The position numbers were made by a program, and so were the translations under genes. The notes under the pieces were generated by a model, which ran no database searches, was not told the origin of the DNA, and was given only the letters and a program-made list of their open reading frames with translations. Positions 1 through 11,825 of a stretch of 64,000 nucleotides of DNA are shown piece after piece. Location of the stretch: positions 70,079 to 134,078 of the forward strand of contig DF237046.1 in NCBI GenBank assembly GCA_000708835.1, read 5' to 3'. This DNA comes from Klebsormidium nitens. Lineage: Eukaryota > Plantae > Klebsormidiophyceae. The first letter of the stretch is position 1, and each line of letters starts with the position of its first letter.

Positions 1-197
1 ATTGCCACTAGATCGAAAACATTCGACCAGATTTAGCTTCGCCTAGTTTCCTGTATCCGCTCAGACCGTTTTGGCTGGTCGGCCGATTATCAAAGCCTGG
101 TTTATACTCAGCCTGGCGAAAGCTGGAGATATGCAACTCTGCGCCGTCTCAGCCATTCGTCGACAGCCACTGGTTGTGACAGTAGCTGGCCTCTAGG

Positions 198-1986
198 ATG
201 GCAGTCGTGCCGTTCATCAAGCTGCCTTCCAGATTCGAATCAAAGATCTGCCCTCTTTCTGATCCGTTCTGTGGTACAAGGCTGCATCTCAATGTCAAAG
301 CGGCTCGTTGTATCGACCTTCAACGTGTTGAAGCGCACTACACATCTTCAAGAGGCAGCTGGCAACCCTCCAAGTCCGTGGTCACTTCGGCTGTCAGCCC
401 ACGTGCACCTAGCTGGGTCAAAGAGGCTTTGTGTCTTGAGCAAACAACGCACTTCCATTGCCGCAAAAGTGCTGCTGGGAGGCTAGGACAGAGGGTGTTC
501 TCATCAAGCAGCCACGAGGTGAGAAATGGCGGCCTGCAGTGTTCATTCAAAGTCGTATGTCCGACTTTCTGATCTAGTATAGAATCGCACACGGCGCACA
601 TGATGGTACAACGGATTGAACCGGGCAGATCACTGACAAGCAGATATGCTGACATAATGTTCTGAAGGGCAGGGCTTGACGGCAGCTCAGGCTGGCAGTT
701 TGTCCCATTTGTTTGTGATTTTGTCTCTGTCGAATGCTGCTTCAGCATCATTGAGAAGGAGAGGGCTTGGGCCAGCTGACATCGCTTAAAAGCATGTCTT
801 CTGTAGGCGCCGTCAGACGGCCCCAACTGGGACCCGGAGCTTGAACAACCGGCGCTGATTGTGGATCGGGTAGACGAACCCATCAAGCTACCCGAAGAGC
901 GGATGCCTGGCCATGTCACGTGCAATGGGTTCCTGGTTGACTGCTATGAAGGCTTAGAAGCTGGGCGCACAGAAGCTCACTTCGCAGCAACGTATGAAGA
1001 GTTGCTATCAAAGGATGCAGAGCGAGGCCATGCCAGGTCTGAAAACAGACCGACAGTTTTGGCAAGTTTCTACAAAGACCAGCTGACTCAGCTGGCCGAG
1101 GTGAGGCACTGGCACTCTGACATCTTGTAGCACGGCAGCCTACTTGATCGATATGATCCAGGCAGTCTCCCGTAGGATGTGTCAACCATACAAAAGTAAA
1201 ACCACATTTCTAAGGTGGTCAAGATCCATGAGATTTGCGCTGGGACGATGTAAAGATTCCCATGCACGTCGACTGAGACCACTAAGGTGGTCTTAATTTA
1301 GATCTTCCTCTGACTCTGCAAACTTCTCCATTGTATGGTTCTGTGTGTTCATATGGTGCTCCTTGCTACGAGACTCTCTTCATGTGCTTGAAGCAAGCGG
1401 TCTTGGACCTGCATGTAATTCAGTAGCTATTGAGGTCTCGGCTTTGTAGACAGCCCAGGATTGTAAATAGATAACACGGGTGCTGAAGTCTCTGAATAAC
1501 CTGCAACGCTTGTGAATACCCAAACCATGAATTGTTGCGTTCAAATTAGCGAAAGCCTTCTAGAGGTCGGCAAGTGAACAAAGAGGAGTCCGATTCCTCG
1601 AAGTGTCCTTTCTACCCTCTTGGCAAACTCAAAAGCAACGATTCGAGAACGAGGTCCAATGACTCCTTGGGTCCTATGGGCGTTTTGCAAGTGACGAGTG
1701 TCTTTCTTTTCAGGTCGAAACATTGACGCTGCTCGCCAAATATGTTCCCGGATTCCCAGCCCCGCTGTGTTACGGCGAAGCGCAGAATGAGCGACTTCCT
1801 TACTTCGTAATCAAGCGGGCCTTAAAGAGGACGGTTGGTTCTTTCCGGCTTCTGTCAGATGCAGATAGTGTTCTCTGGGGTGCTCGTCTGGAAGCTCGAG
1901 AGCGGGGAATTGAAGACTTCGACGAACGCTTCCACACCATGCGGGGACTGGCACTATCGTATATCTCTCTTGCTTGCCGAATCTAG
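198..1986 (+). CDS. Orphan gene A: 3 exons (198-518, 807-1100, 1714-1986), ~295 aa; transit-peptide-like N-terminus followed by a degenerate protein-kinase-like N-lobe
   Basis: The ATG at 198 is open to a GAG|GTGAGA donor at 518/519. Acceptors TGTAG|807 and TTTTCAG|1714 and donor GAG|GTGAGG at 1100 are all phase 0, giving one continuous frame. The sequence VLASFYKDQLTQLAE|VETLTLLAKYVPGFPAPLCYGEAQNERLPYFVIK resembles the beta3-alphaC-beta4/5 region of kinase-like folds. There is no HRD or DFG motif. Confidence 0.65.
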
Positions 1987-3724
1987 CGCAGCGCAGGTGG
2001 ACTGAATCTAGCGCAGGCGCAATTTCGATTGCTTCACAAATGGTGCTGGCCGGACCTTCAACGATCAGAAGAAGGGAACTGATGCAGTGAACAAGGTTGG
2101 AGTGATCCTACTCACACAAGATTGCAAGTCGGGCCTCGCTGGATTATAGAATTAGCCACGATATTGGCACGGTCTGTGTAAGCAGGCTTACGTAAGGGAC
2201 AAAGATTGTCTCGCGGCGTTGTCTGCCGTGGTAGCTCACATGCAAGAAACCCAGCATCTTTCGATAACGTGTACTTCAGCAAAGTGGGAAGAACGCCTGC
2301 ACCATCTGATTGCGTACTGTAATCCACGGTCGTCATCACTCCGCTCTCGGCCGCGCGCAATGTAGTCGCGCAGGAGCTGGCCGAAGTTGGTAGACTGTAT
2401 CATGTCGCTTTTGTTTGCCCCGAGCTGTAAAGAACCAAACCGTACGTACTTCAACCTGATAACCTACACACTGGCGCACAGGACCATCCGTTAAGGCAAC
2501 AAGCATGCAGGCTGGGCTGCTGCATAGACATCGGTGTCGTTAGTTGCGGCCATTACATGTAATCATGAGAATCAGTGAAATGATCGTAGGTCGATCTCGA
2601 TACTGATGATACATCTCTGCTTTTATTGCAAAGTTTTACTGGAGCAATGGTAGTACTGTATATACGCAAGCGTGTGGCCGACAGATTCTTCATGAGTAGA
2701 CTATATAATACGTAGCCACCAAAAATGAGGCATCTCTCACATGATTGTCGGTTGACGAACCCCTTCTCACTTTAGGTGCAGGGTCATGTTATGACGAGAA
2801 CGTCATAGGTGGAGTAAAGTCGTGAGGTGCAAATGCCGCAACGTACTATACATGTCATAATCTGCGGAGAATCTGATGCTAGATCGACTTCGTCGTAATG
2901 ATCAGCAACATTCGGAATCACAGGAGGACGTGCCTCCTCTGAATCTGGCCAAATCAGAGCCGACTCGTTCTCACTCGTTGTCACTTGTTGTCGTTGAAGC
3001 ATTATTTGAGCTGATGTGGCACTTTGTGATTGGTCGAGTCGCCGGAGAAATGCGACACCGGCCACTGTGCTGCCAACACAGCAAGTGACGGTCATTCAGG
3101 ATGTTTACTATGACGATTGACATACTGAGAGGCAAGTTCAGACCTCCAGTTGTGCATGCCTCTGGACTACAATCAGCCTCCAGACTTGACTGTAGCTTTT
3201 GCTGGCGACTAATAAATCTCCATGTTTGCAAGGGTCACTCCGTGTGTGTCCAAATTTTATCATGACGCACGCGGACGGCTCAGGAGACCCACAATACCCA
3301 TGTAATATGAAAATCCAGAGAACCACGCCCACCTCGCGCATTCTAGGAGAAAGATGTTTAATCGGGTTGCTATAAACAGATTAGGAGTAATCATGGGCGG
3401 GAAGAATAGTCAGGTTCACGAACATGCTGAGAGTAATTCCAGGCGCAGGGTCAAATGAGGGAGGTGATTCGACTCTTTGGCGACTAGCGTCGTTTCAGCT
3501 TTGGCAACTTGAAATTGTCATTATGTCCGTCTCGTTTCGGCCAGGGTTGCATAGACACTTCTTTGTTGTCAATTCCTTCTGTACAGCAAGAAGAGGGCTG
3601 CAATCAGCAAAGATGATGGTACTTCCATTGGGAACTTCAAGCCCCGTTCAAACGATTGAAGATACACAGGTAACGTGAGTCGTCTAGTGTGGTATTCATG
3701 CACGGGAAGGGCCCCAGCTATTGT

Positions 3725-6601
3725 TCACTCCTTGTCAGGGATACGCTGCAGCTTTGTCAAAGCCAGAAAGATTGCTCGTGACCTTATCGCCGCTCCTCCA
3801 ACGACGAGATAGTTCGGAAAGGGTGCAGACGGCCAAGCCTCCGACGCCTTCAGACTTGATCTTAGTTCACCACCGGGCCAGTGGACGAGGTTGTCAATCT
3901 GCAGATTCGCAATGGTTTGTGTTGTCAATTTGGGATATGGTCGAAGAACTAGATGGGCACCAGGCAGTAGCGTGTTTCTGCTCCTTATCTGCGGCCGACT
4001 CTTCAAGGTCGCAGCCCTGATCGAGGATCAAGTGAAGGAATCCGCTTTTGGTTTCTTCTGTTGGAAAGATGAGGGAATCTGCCGCAACATTCAAGGGCAG
4101 TATGAAGCAAGATTGACCTTCCTAAATACTGACTCTGAGAAATTTACTGTCGCAGTTTTCTGAGACTAAGTCAACGTTTGTCTTGAATATCTAAATCTAT
4201 TACTGTTACCCCTCAAGTTCGACCAATCAGAGAGTCTTTCTCACCGCTTCATTTCGAAGGCTCTCGCTCGCGTAAAAGGCGACGAACACCTCCTGGTCCT
4301 TCCCGGAACCCTCGCCTGTCTTGCTGCCTCCCGGAGCTTCTCTCCCTACTTGTTTGCCCTTGAAGATACAATAGCCCGACACTTTACTCCAGGCCAGATG
4401 GTCGGAGTCTGTTATCGTTGTAACCGAATCCCTCAGCTCCATACACCTCGGCCACTCGACGTATCCCAGAACGTAAGTCGGTAGATACAGCACCTCCCAG
4501 AGCAGTCGGAGCGCCAAGTTGTCTTCCTCAAACTTATCCAGATCCAGGGGGAGGCTGAACAACAACTGATTGCTGTTCCCATGGAGCGACCTTTCCATCC
4601 GCCAGATGTCAACCCGATGCTCATCCGCGATAACCGAGACGGCGAAATTTCTCTCGGGCTGTTCGTCGAGCACCCGACCCATACTCTCACGCGCTTGCGC
4701 AAGGGCAACGCTGTAACCCTCCCGGTCCAGCCGGGCAATGAACACCAAAGGGGAGACGACGCCCTCGTATCCGGACCCTGACTCTCCTGTGTTAATGACG
4801 GTAGCTGCATCTCGTTGGTATTGTAAATTACCGCGCCACACCAACCGGCTTCGAGGTATGAGCTGGGTTTTCGGAGGGGCCCAGTACATTGAGTAGAGCA
4901 GACCGAACAAGATGGCCTGCGTTCTCTTTTCTCCTTCCAGATCAGTAACATACGGAGCTTTTTCGGGTGCCTTCCCCCGCTTTATCTTGGCGGCTGCCCG
5001 GTATGCGTGATCCGCGTAGCGCATGAGTAACTCTTCGAGTGAACAATCCTCTTCCCTCAGAAAATGTTCGATCTCGTTGAGCCACACTCGAAAGCCAGCC
5101 TCCAAACTCCGCTCTAGCTCTGTCTGGGCGCGCGGATCATAATATGGAAGGCCTGCAGTCAAGATACAAAGCAATAACTATAAGGGTCTCCCAAATAAGG
5201 GAGAAGATGGAAACCCTCGAAAGTCTTTTATTATACCCGCACATTATTGCTGCCGTTCAGCGTGGAGAAGACTGGTCGAGCACTTACAATGGAATCGGAT
5301 GCTCTGCTGAAAAGATATGGACTAAAGAGAGGTATCACGACAACGTTTTTAAATTACGTGTTAGCCTCTTTTCTCCAGGTCATGCATCCCTTCATTAGCA
5401 CTGGCAATCATCAGTCCATCCTTTCCTGTAAGCCTTAGAAAAGACATGCTTCATTAGCGGCCCCTTGTGCAAAGAGTCTGGATGAATCATGGAGCTGGTA
5501 AACCGGCTCCCTCCTTTGCCCACACAAGGAGAAGTGCTCGATTGGGGCCGCTACCAAGGGAAGGAGGCTTTCTGGATGCCTGCCCTCAAATCCGTTGAAG
5601 ATGTTTGAAATAAACGGAGTAGAACTTCTGCAGCTTTTAACACGCGTTACCGTGTTGCACCCATACAGAACCGATGCCGAAGAAGGAAACACTGAAGCCA
5701 AATACGCTGTGCTCTGAAATCTTGGCTGCTTTTAAGGCAAAAGGAATCGGAGAAACGGTCTGTTTTGTGGGCGCTACTTTTTCACACGTAAAGGCTAGCT
5801 TTTAAACATCAGAGTCATTCTTAAGGTGGACGAAACTCTTCCTCGTCAAGCCCATCAAGAAACTTTTGGAGAAACACTTGCAAACTGTCGTGCCGTGGAC
5901 CTTGTTGTGACAGGGAGGCCATTCGGTGTAAACCTTCAGATCTGGTCGCATGTAGGTCCAGCTTCTCGGTGCTCACCGGCTTCTTCTAGCCACTTAGAAA
6001 GCTCCACAGCCAGAGACCAGCCAGGTACGCTCCTGGCCAAGTCAGGCTCTTCGATGCCTTCATTCTTGCCCTGCGCTGCCGCTCGAAAGAGTCGTCCTGC
6101 TCTCAGCGCTATCTCTCCACTAAAGCTTCCACGGAAGACCTGCCAACAACAAAAACGTCGTTGCTTGAAATGGTTAGAATCATTCCGCCCAGATTTTAAG
6201 ATGATTCAGAGCTGATTGAGAGATGTTGAGAATTGATTGACATAGAGTGATACGAGTGCATGTTACAAATTCAGTAGTCTTTGGGTCCGTTCAGTTATGT
6301 CTGGTAAGCTGCAGAGCTACAAATTGCACTTAACTGAATGCCCCAAGTCAACCAGTCGTCAATATGACCGTACCTTTGTGAGACTCATCCTTGCGCTGTT
6401 GTCTGCGAAGCTGGTCCCGGCCCGAGCTTGACCCGGCAAGGAGACCTTCCTTGCTGGAATAAGGCCTGTCCTGGACCGCAACTTGAGCGAGGCAATCTCA
6501 CCGGTGAAGCCGGAGCCGTTCAATTTTGTTAAGTGTGGCCCTTTCAACGCCGTGCAGGCCATGACAGTTCGACCACCATGCAGAGCGAGGCAGGTCTCCA
6601 T
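3725..6601 (-). CDS. Orphan gene B: 4 exons (6601-6374, 6139-5977, 5152-4245, 3898-3725), ~490 aa; transit-peptide-like leader + degenerate REase-fold domain + truncated kinase N-lobe
   Basis: Canonical GT-AG sites with phases 0/1/0 give one open frame of 1473 nt. Exon structure and phases are identical in paralog C. Shared motifs include EAGFRVWL, LEGExRTQAILxGLLYSM, RDAxTVI, EQPxRxxxVSxIxDExRxxxW, PLDLDxFEEDNxALRLLWxVL and IDNLxxWPGGELR. Confidence 0.8.
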
Positions 6602-8339
6602 GACAAGACCTGTGAAGCCTGCGGAAGTTGCTTGGCTTTCTTAGAGGGTGTGCAACGAACTGTCTTTCCAGAAGGCCAATCTTGGGTGCAGGAGAGGTTT
6701 CGAAAGCTTCTGCAGTCACCCAGCTGAGCCCATTTCCACCACAAGCCCCCTCTTCTAGCACTTCCTTGAAGTCCAAAGAAGTGGGGCACCCGGTCTTCCT
6801 ACTTGAGGAAAAGCGTTTCCGCCCAGCACCTGATTAGTCCGAGTCCTGTTATGTGATGCAGCGGAAATGAGAGAGCAGAGATGGCAGCTTCCGAATACAT
6901 CCGAAGCTACCAAGGAAGCGTGCGCCAGCTTGTCTTCGCTGATCTCTCTACTAGGGTCTGCCCTCCTTAATTTCTCGACCTCCTTGTCTGCCACTTGAGT
7001 GCTATATGCCTGCAAGACGTGACTAGCTGGAAGAGGCACTCTCGACCTCCTTCGCGCTTGACCTTCGACTAATCACGGAAGGCACCCGCATGCATGGTCC
7101 CATTGAATCCTTAGACATGACCATTTCCCGTGGTTCTAGGAAATAGCATTGGCTGTGCCGTTGGATGACCGGGATTCGCTGCCTCATTCCAGGATCGAGT
7201 AGCGAGTACGTCTCTCCCAGTCCTTCTGATGTACTCACCAAGATACAAAATGACGCTTTCCCGTGTAAAGAGCAGATGCTGACCCAACACGTACCTTACC
7301 TGCCGTTCAACCAGATTCCTGTGCTTCTTTTCGCCAGAGGGACAAGAGCTCGCTATGAAAGCAAGGCGGCACGGGGCATCGGGCGTGAACTGTAAGGATT
7401 GGTTCCAGCTATCTTACCAGCGATGTCAAACGGCCATGAACAAATCCTTCGATAGAACTCATTCCCAAAGAGGTTCTGACGTGTTTAGAATGGGTTCAGA
7501 TGAGTCGTTTTCCTTGAGCAGCATCATGCCTCGGGGCTAGGAACAACAGGACATGCTGGACGGTTATTCGTGCCTGGCTTCCTTCATGAGCATATTATCA
7601 GAATCCGGTCATACACGTCGGGTCTCGTTGGGTTGAACTTGCTTCCGTCCCTCGACGACGGGCTGTCAACTATTTGCAGACGCTTCACTTTCGTACTTCA
7701 TAACGTTCGGTTTGGTATCTCGCAGTCGCGCTGGGAATGGACCGTTACTTTGAAAGCTTGTCCGTAAGTGATTCGCACATTGCTTGCTTTAAAAACTATG
7801 TCGTAGCCCATGGCCCGCTTTTTGGCAAAGCAGTGCATATCCACCATATTTGCGTCGTCATTGATACATTTTAGCTTTATGCATCAGAAAAGTGCACCGA
7901 CGAACTTCTAGCTCCGTGAGCTAAGCAGATCTGCATAGCCAGTACGGATGTACACAAAAGCGCGGAACTCAATCAATGTTCGAAGAATGGTACTGTACAA
8001 TGAAGCATCTATCAAACATCATGGTCATGTGGGTCCGTATCACCACTCACGCAAGCATTTCTGGGTCGGGTAAGACTTCAACATCAGTCGATCAGTCGTG
8101 AGTCAAAAGGAACATATAGCCATCAAAGGCTTATTTCTACCTGACTTCCGTCCTGTTGAGAACCACAACTCTTATCTACAGTCGGATCGAATCAGACTTC
8201 GAGTTGGAAACAATTCGACCTGGAATTGATTCTCCGTCCAAAATCACCCTAGAGCTACACACAGAAACAGGTTTCTAGGAAATTGGCACCGACCACACAA
8301 TCGGGTCTACTGACTTACATTAACGTACCAGCTGAAGAT

Positions 8340-10562
8340 CTAGTCTTTATCAGTATCAGGGGTGGGCTGAGTCAGCATCGTCAAGGCCGCCAAGGTTGCA
8401 GATGATGCCATTGCCGCTTCTCCAACGACGAGGTAGTACGGAAGGGGTGTAGACCCCCAAGTGCCCTTCGTCTTGAGAGTCGTTCTCAGTTCGCCACCGG
8501 GCCAGGACAGTAGGTTGTCAATCTGAATATTGCGATGGATTGACATGTCAGACTCAGAACGTTTGGTATACAAGCCTTTTGAGAGGAGAAAGGGGCTCTA
8601 AAGTCACATTCGTTTATAGGGACGAGCAAGAATGACTACGTTCAACTGAGTCAAGAAACAGAAGTAGAAAGAACCAGACGGTAGGGACTCTCTGATTTGC
8701 CCATCAGAGAGTCTCTCTCACCGCCATTTTCCGAAGGGGCTTGCTCTCGTAAAAGGCGACGTACACCTCCTCTTCCGTTCCGGATGCCTCGCCCGTCTCG
8801 CTGCCTCCCGGAACGGACTGCGGACTGACTTTCGGGGCTGCTTTTTTGCCTTTGAAGACACAGTAGCCCAAGCTGCCCCAGCCCACATGGGCAGTAATCG
8901 TGATAATTGAATCATCAACCTCCATCTGCTTTGGCCAGTCGACGCAACCCCAATCTTTAGGCGAGGAACAGAGCACCTTCCAGAGCAGTCGGAGCGCCCA
9001 GTTGTCTTCCTCGAAGTAATCCAGATCTAGTGGGACCCCGTATAGAAGCCGATCGCTGTACTCATCGGGCGACTTTGTCGTCTGCCAGAACTCAATCCGC
9101 TGCTCATCCCCAATTATTGAGACAACAGATCTCCTCCCAGGCTGTTCGCCAAACACCTGAGCCTTTCTGTCTTGCTCTAACTTGATCGTATCAACACTTT
9201 CATAATCACGGTCCAGCCGAGCTGTGCAACCCAAAAGCAAAACGACACCGCCGTATCCGTCCCTTGGATCTCTCTCAGCGATAACAGTCACTGCGTCTCT
9301 ATGATTTCGTACAAGACCGTGACGGGGTGGGAGGGTATGGGGTCTGAGCTGATGGCTCGTAGCAGGAGCGCGGGACATCGAATAGAGCAGACCAACTAAG
9401 ATGGCCTGTGTTCTTCTCTCCCCTTCGAGATTGACCAGATGCGCGGCCTCTTTAGGCGCTTTCCCCGGCCCCATTCTGCCGGAAATCTGAAACTCGTTAT
9501 AGAAGCGCATGAGCAATTCGCTTATTGAGCACTTCTCTTCTCTCGACCAAAGTTGTAACTCGTGGAGCCACACCCGGAAACCAGCCTCTTCAATCCGCTG
9601 TAGCTTTTCCTGGGCGGGCGATGAACGATCGGGAGAGCCTGCAGGAACCAAGCAATGGGGCTTTCGAAAGTGAAGATATATAGCAAGCCTCGAACAATCC
9701 GTATTCAGCCCCAACACAGTGATGCCGTTTCGATTTGAGTGAAGCTGTTCAAGCAATCACACTTGGGTCAGATTATGTGCAAAAGACGACTGAGGACTGT
9801 GAGTGCTGAATAGCTTTCTCTCATCTGGGTCATTTCATTAGTGGATGATATGCCCTCAAAAGCTGCTGACAGGTCTGTAGTGGGAGTTAGCAATCATCAA
9901 CTTTGTCCTGCTACAAAACTCGCTGCAACAGCTAGGCGGTTTACAGAGGTTGAATTCGAATCTTGTCACATCTTAGATCCAAAGGTTTTCAGACGTGCTC
10001 ACCTTCTTCTTCGGCGGATACCCACTGATCAGAAAGATCCCCAAATAAAGACCAGTCCGATTCACTTCCGGCCATGTCGGGTTCTGGGATGCCTTCATTG
10101 TTGCCCTGCGCTGCGGGTCGAAGATGTCGTCCTGCTCTCAGCGCCTCTCCTCCAGGCCTCTCAGGATTGACCTGCCAGATAGAGAACGTCTTTGATGTCT
10201 TTGAAACCTTCTGAGACAATGTTCGGACGTGGTGTCAGTGCTTGTCCAGCATCACTAGCTCTTGCGATACTATTCCCCGGTTTCACCAAGTATGTTTGAA
10301 GCCGATGAGAGCTAAAGGTGACGCCCTTTCTGCATGTTTGTAAACGCCTCACCTCTGCAAAAGTCGTCCTTGCTGCGCTGAAGTGGGAGAAGCTGGTCTC
10401 AGCCCGAATTTGACACGACAAGGGGCCTTCTCTTGTTGACATAGGGTCTCTCCTGGACTTCAACTTTAAGGGAAGCTTTCTAAAGGAGCATTGTGAGTGT
10501 TGCCCACTCAACCCCGTGCAGGGCCTAAGTGCTTGAACCCCACGCAGTGTGAAGGCCTCCAT
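8340..10562 (-). CDS. Orphan gene C, tandem paralog of B: 4 exons (10562-10353, 10171-10003, 9638-8722, 8522-8340), ~492 aa
   Basis: Same four-exon layout and intron phases as B, with an open frame of 1479 nt. Roughly half the residues in exon 3 are identical to B by eye. Confidence 0.8.
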
Positions 10563-11825
10563 GATGAGACCCGGTAAAAGCTTCGGAAGTTTGCTTGGCT
10601 GGCCACTAATTCATGATCATGAACTCAAGGGTGTGCTAGAACCAGTCCTGAAAAGGCCAATATCTTAGTCTTGGGTGCGTTCCTGTCCTCAAACGCTACT
10701 GCAAAAATAACCCAGCTGAGATGCGTCTCAGCACAAGGCCCCTCTTCTAGCTCCTTATTCAGGTCCAGAGAACTTGGGACGCCCGGGTGGTTCTCTACCT
10801 ATCCGAGTAACTGGAGCGTTTCCGCCCAGCAACCAAACCCGAGCCCGGTCATACGCTGCAGCGAAAAGGTGACGGTCTTGCTTCAGACGCCTCCCAAGCT
10901 AGATAGAAAGGGTGCGCCAGCAAGTCTCTGCGGAAAATCCTACGCGCGTCTGGCCACCTCTCTCAGTTTCTCTGCTATTGTTTGCCACTCGAAGGGCAAG
11001 GCTTGCACAAGACGTGACTACATGGGGGAAAGTTCTCTCCTTCGCGCCTTTGACTTGCACGGAGAACACCGCTTTGTGGTCACTCTGAAAGTTTAGACAT
11101 GACATTTCCCGTAATATCAGGGGGATCCAATGGCGGAGGCGCTGGATCATAGATCGGATCCGTTGATTCGCAGCCATGCGAATCGCTTACGTGTCTCCAA
11201 GTCCTGCTTGATGTATCACCAACGATACGCGATGACGCATCCACGTGTACAGAGCAGATGCCGAACCCAAAACGCCAAACCTGCCATACCAAATTCTTGT
11301 CGATTCTTATCCAATAGAGAAACAACAGCTTTTTTTGAAAGCAAAGTACGTAGGGCTTGATCCCATGTTGCAGATCTGTGTTGGGGTAGACTGTAAGAAG
11401 GATTACAGCTGTCTAGTACCAGCGATCTCGAAGGCCATTGAATCAAGTAACAAGAATTCAACCCTAGAAAGATCTTGACGTATTTGATCGGGGTTGAATG
11501 AGAGTCAACTCTGCTTCCTCTGAGCTGCATCAGGCGTCAGGAGGACGAACTCTCCTTGCTCCTCCAGAGGACCCGCAAGAGGCGCTCCGTCGGTAAGCGC
11601 GTGGGCGCCTCCGAGTTGCGCATCGCACACGCGAACGCAACGTGCACCTACCTTCTGGATTGGCGCACGTATTGGCTCATCCGAAAGAAGAACAGTTCTA
11701 AGCTGCCAAAACGGTCGCCTAAGTATGCTTTACGTTTAACATGGGCGGTCGACAGGACTGCCCCTCATGTCCATTTACCAATAAGGAAGCGTCAAGCGGA
11801 GGCCGTGCACGGTTCAATGCAGTGG

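Larger units (their letters stand above)
3725..11535 (-). repeat. Tandem segmental duplication: unit 1 ~3725-7530, unit 2 ~8340-11535 (gene plus ~950 bp upstream)
   Basis: Exons align, and so do upstream blocks, e.g. CCCAGCTGAG (6720/10712), AGCGTTTCCGCCCAGCA (6802/10815), CAAGACGTGACTA (7013/11008), TTAGACATGAC (7111/11093), AGAGCAGATG (7269/11251) and TACCAGCGAT (7417/11417). Confidence 0.85.

Noticed and set aside
2112-3341. Minus-strand ORFs between A and B (2112-2360, 2236-2454, 2784-3095, 2971-3231) as a small gene
   Set aside because: I could not build a phase-consistent model or recognise a motif; kept only as a possibility pending RNA-seq.
10671-11096. Plus-strand 141-aa ORF (and its 6628-6837 counterpart) as a divergent gene
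   Set aside because: There is no ATG, and the B-side copy has a frameshift and stops. The similarity follows from nucleotide duplication.
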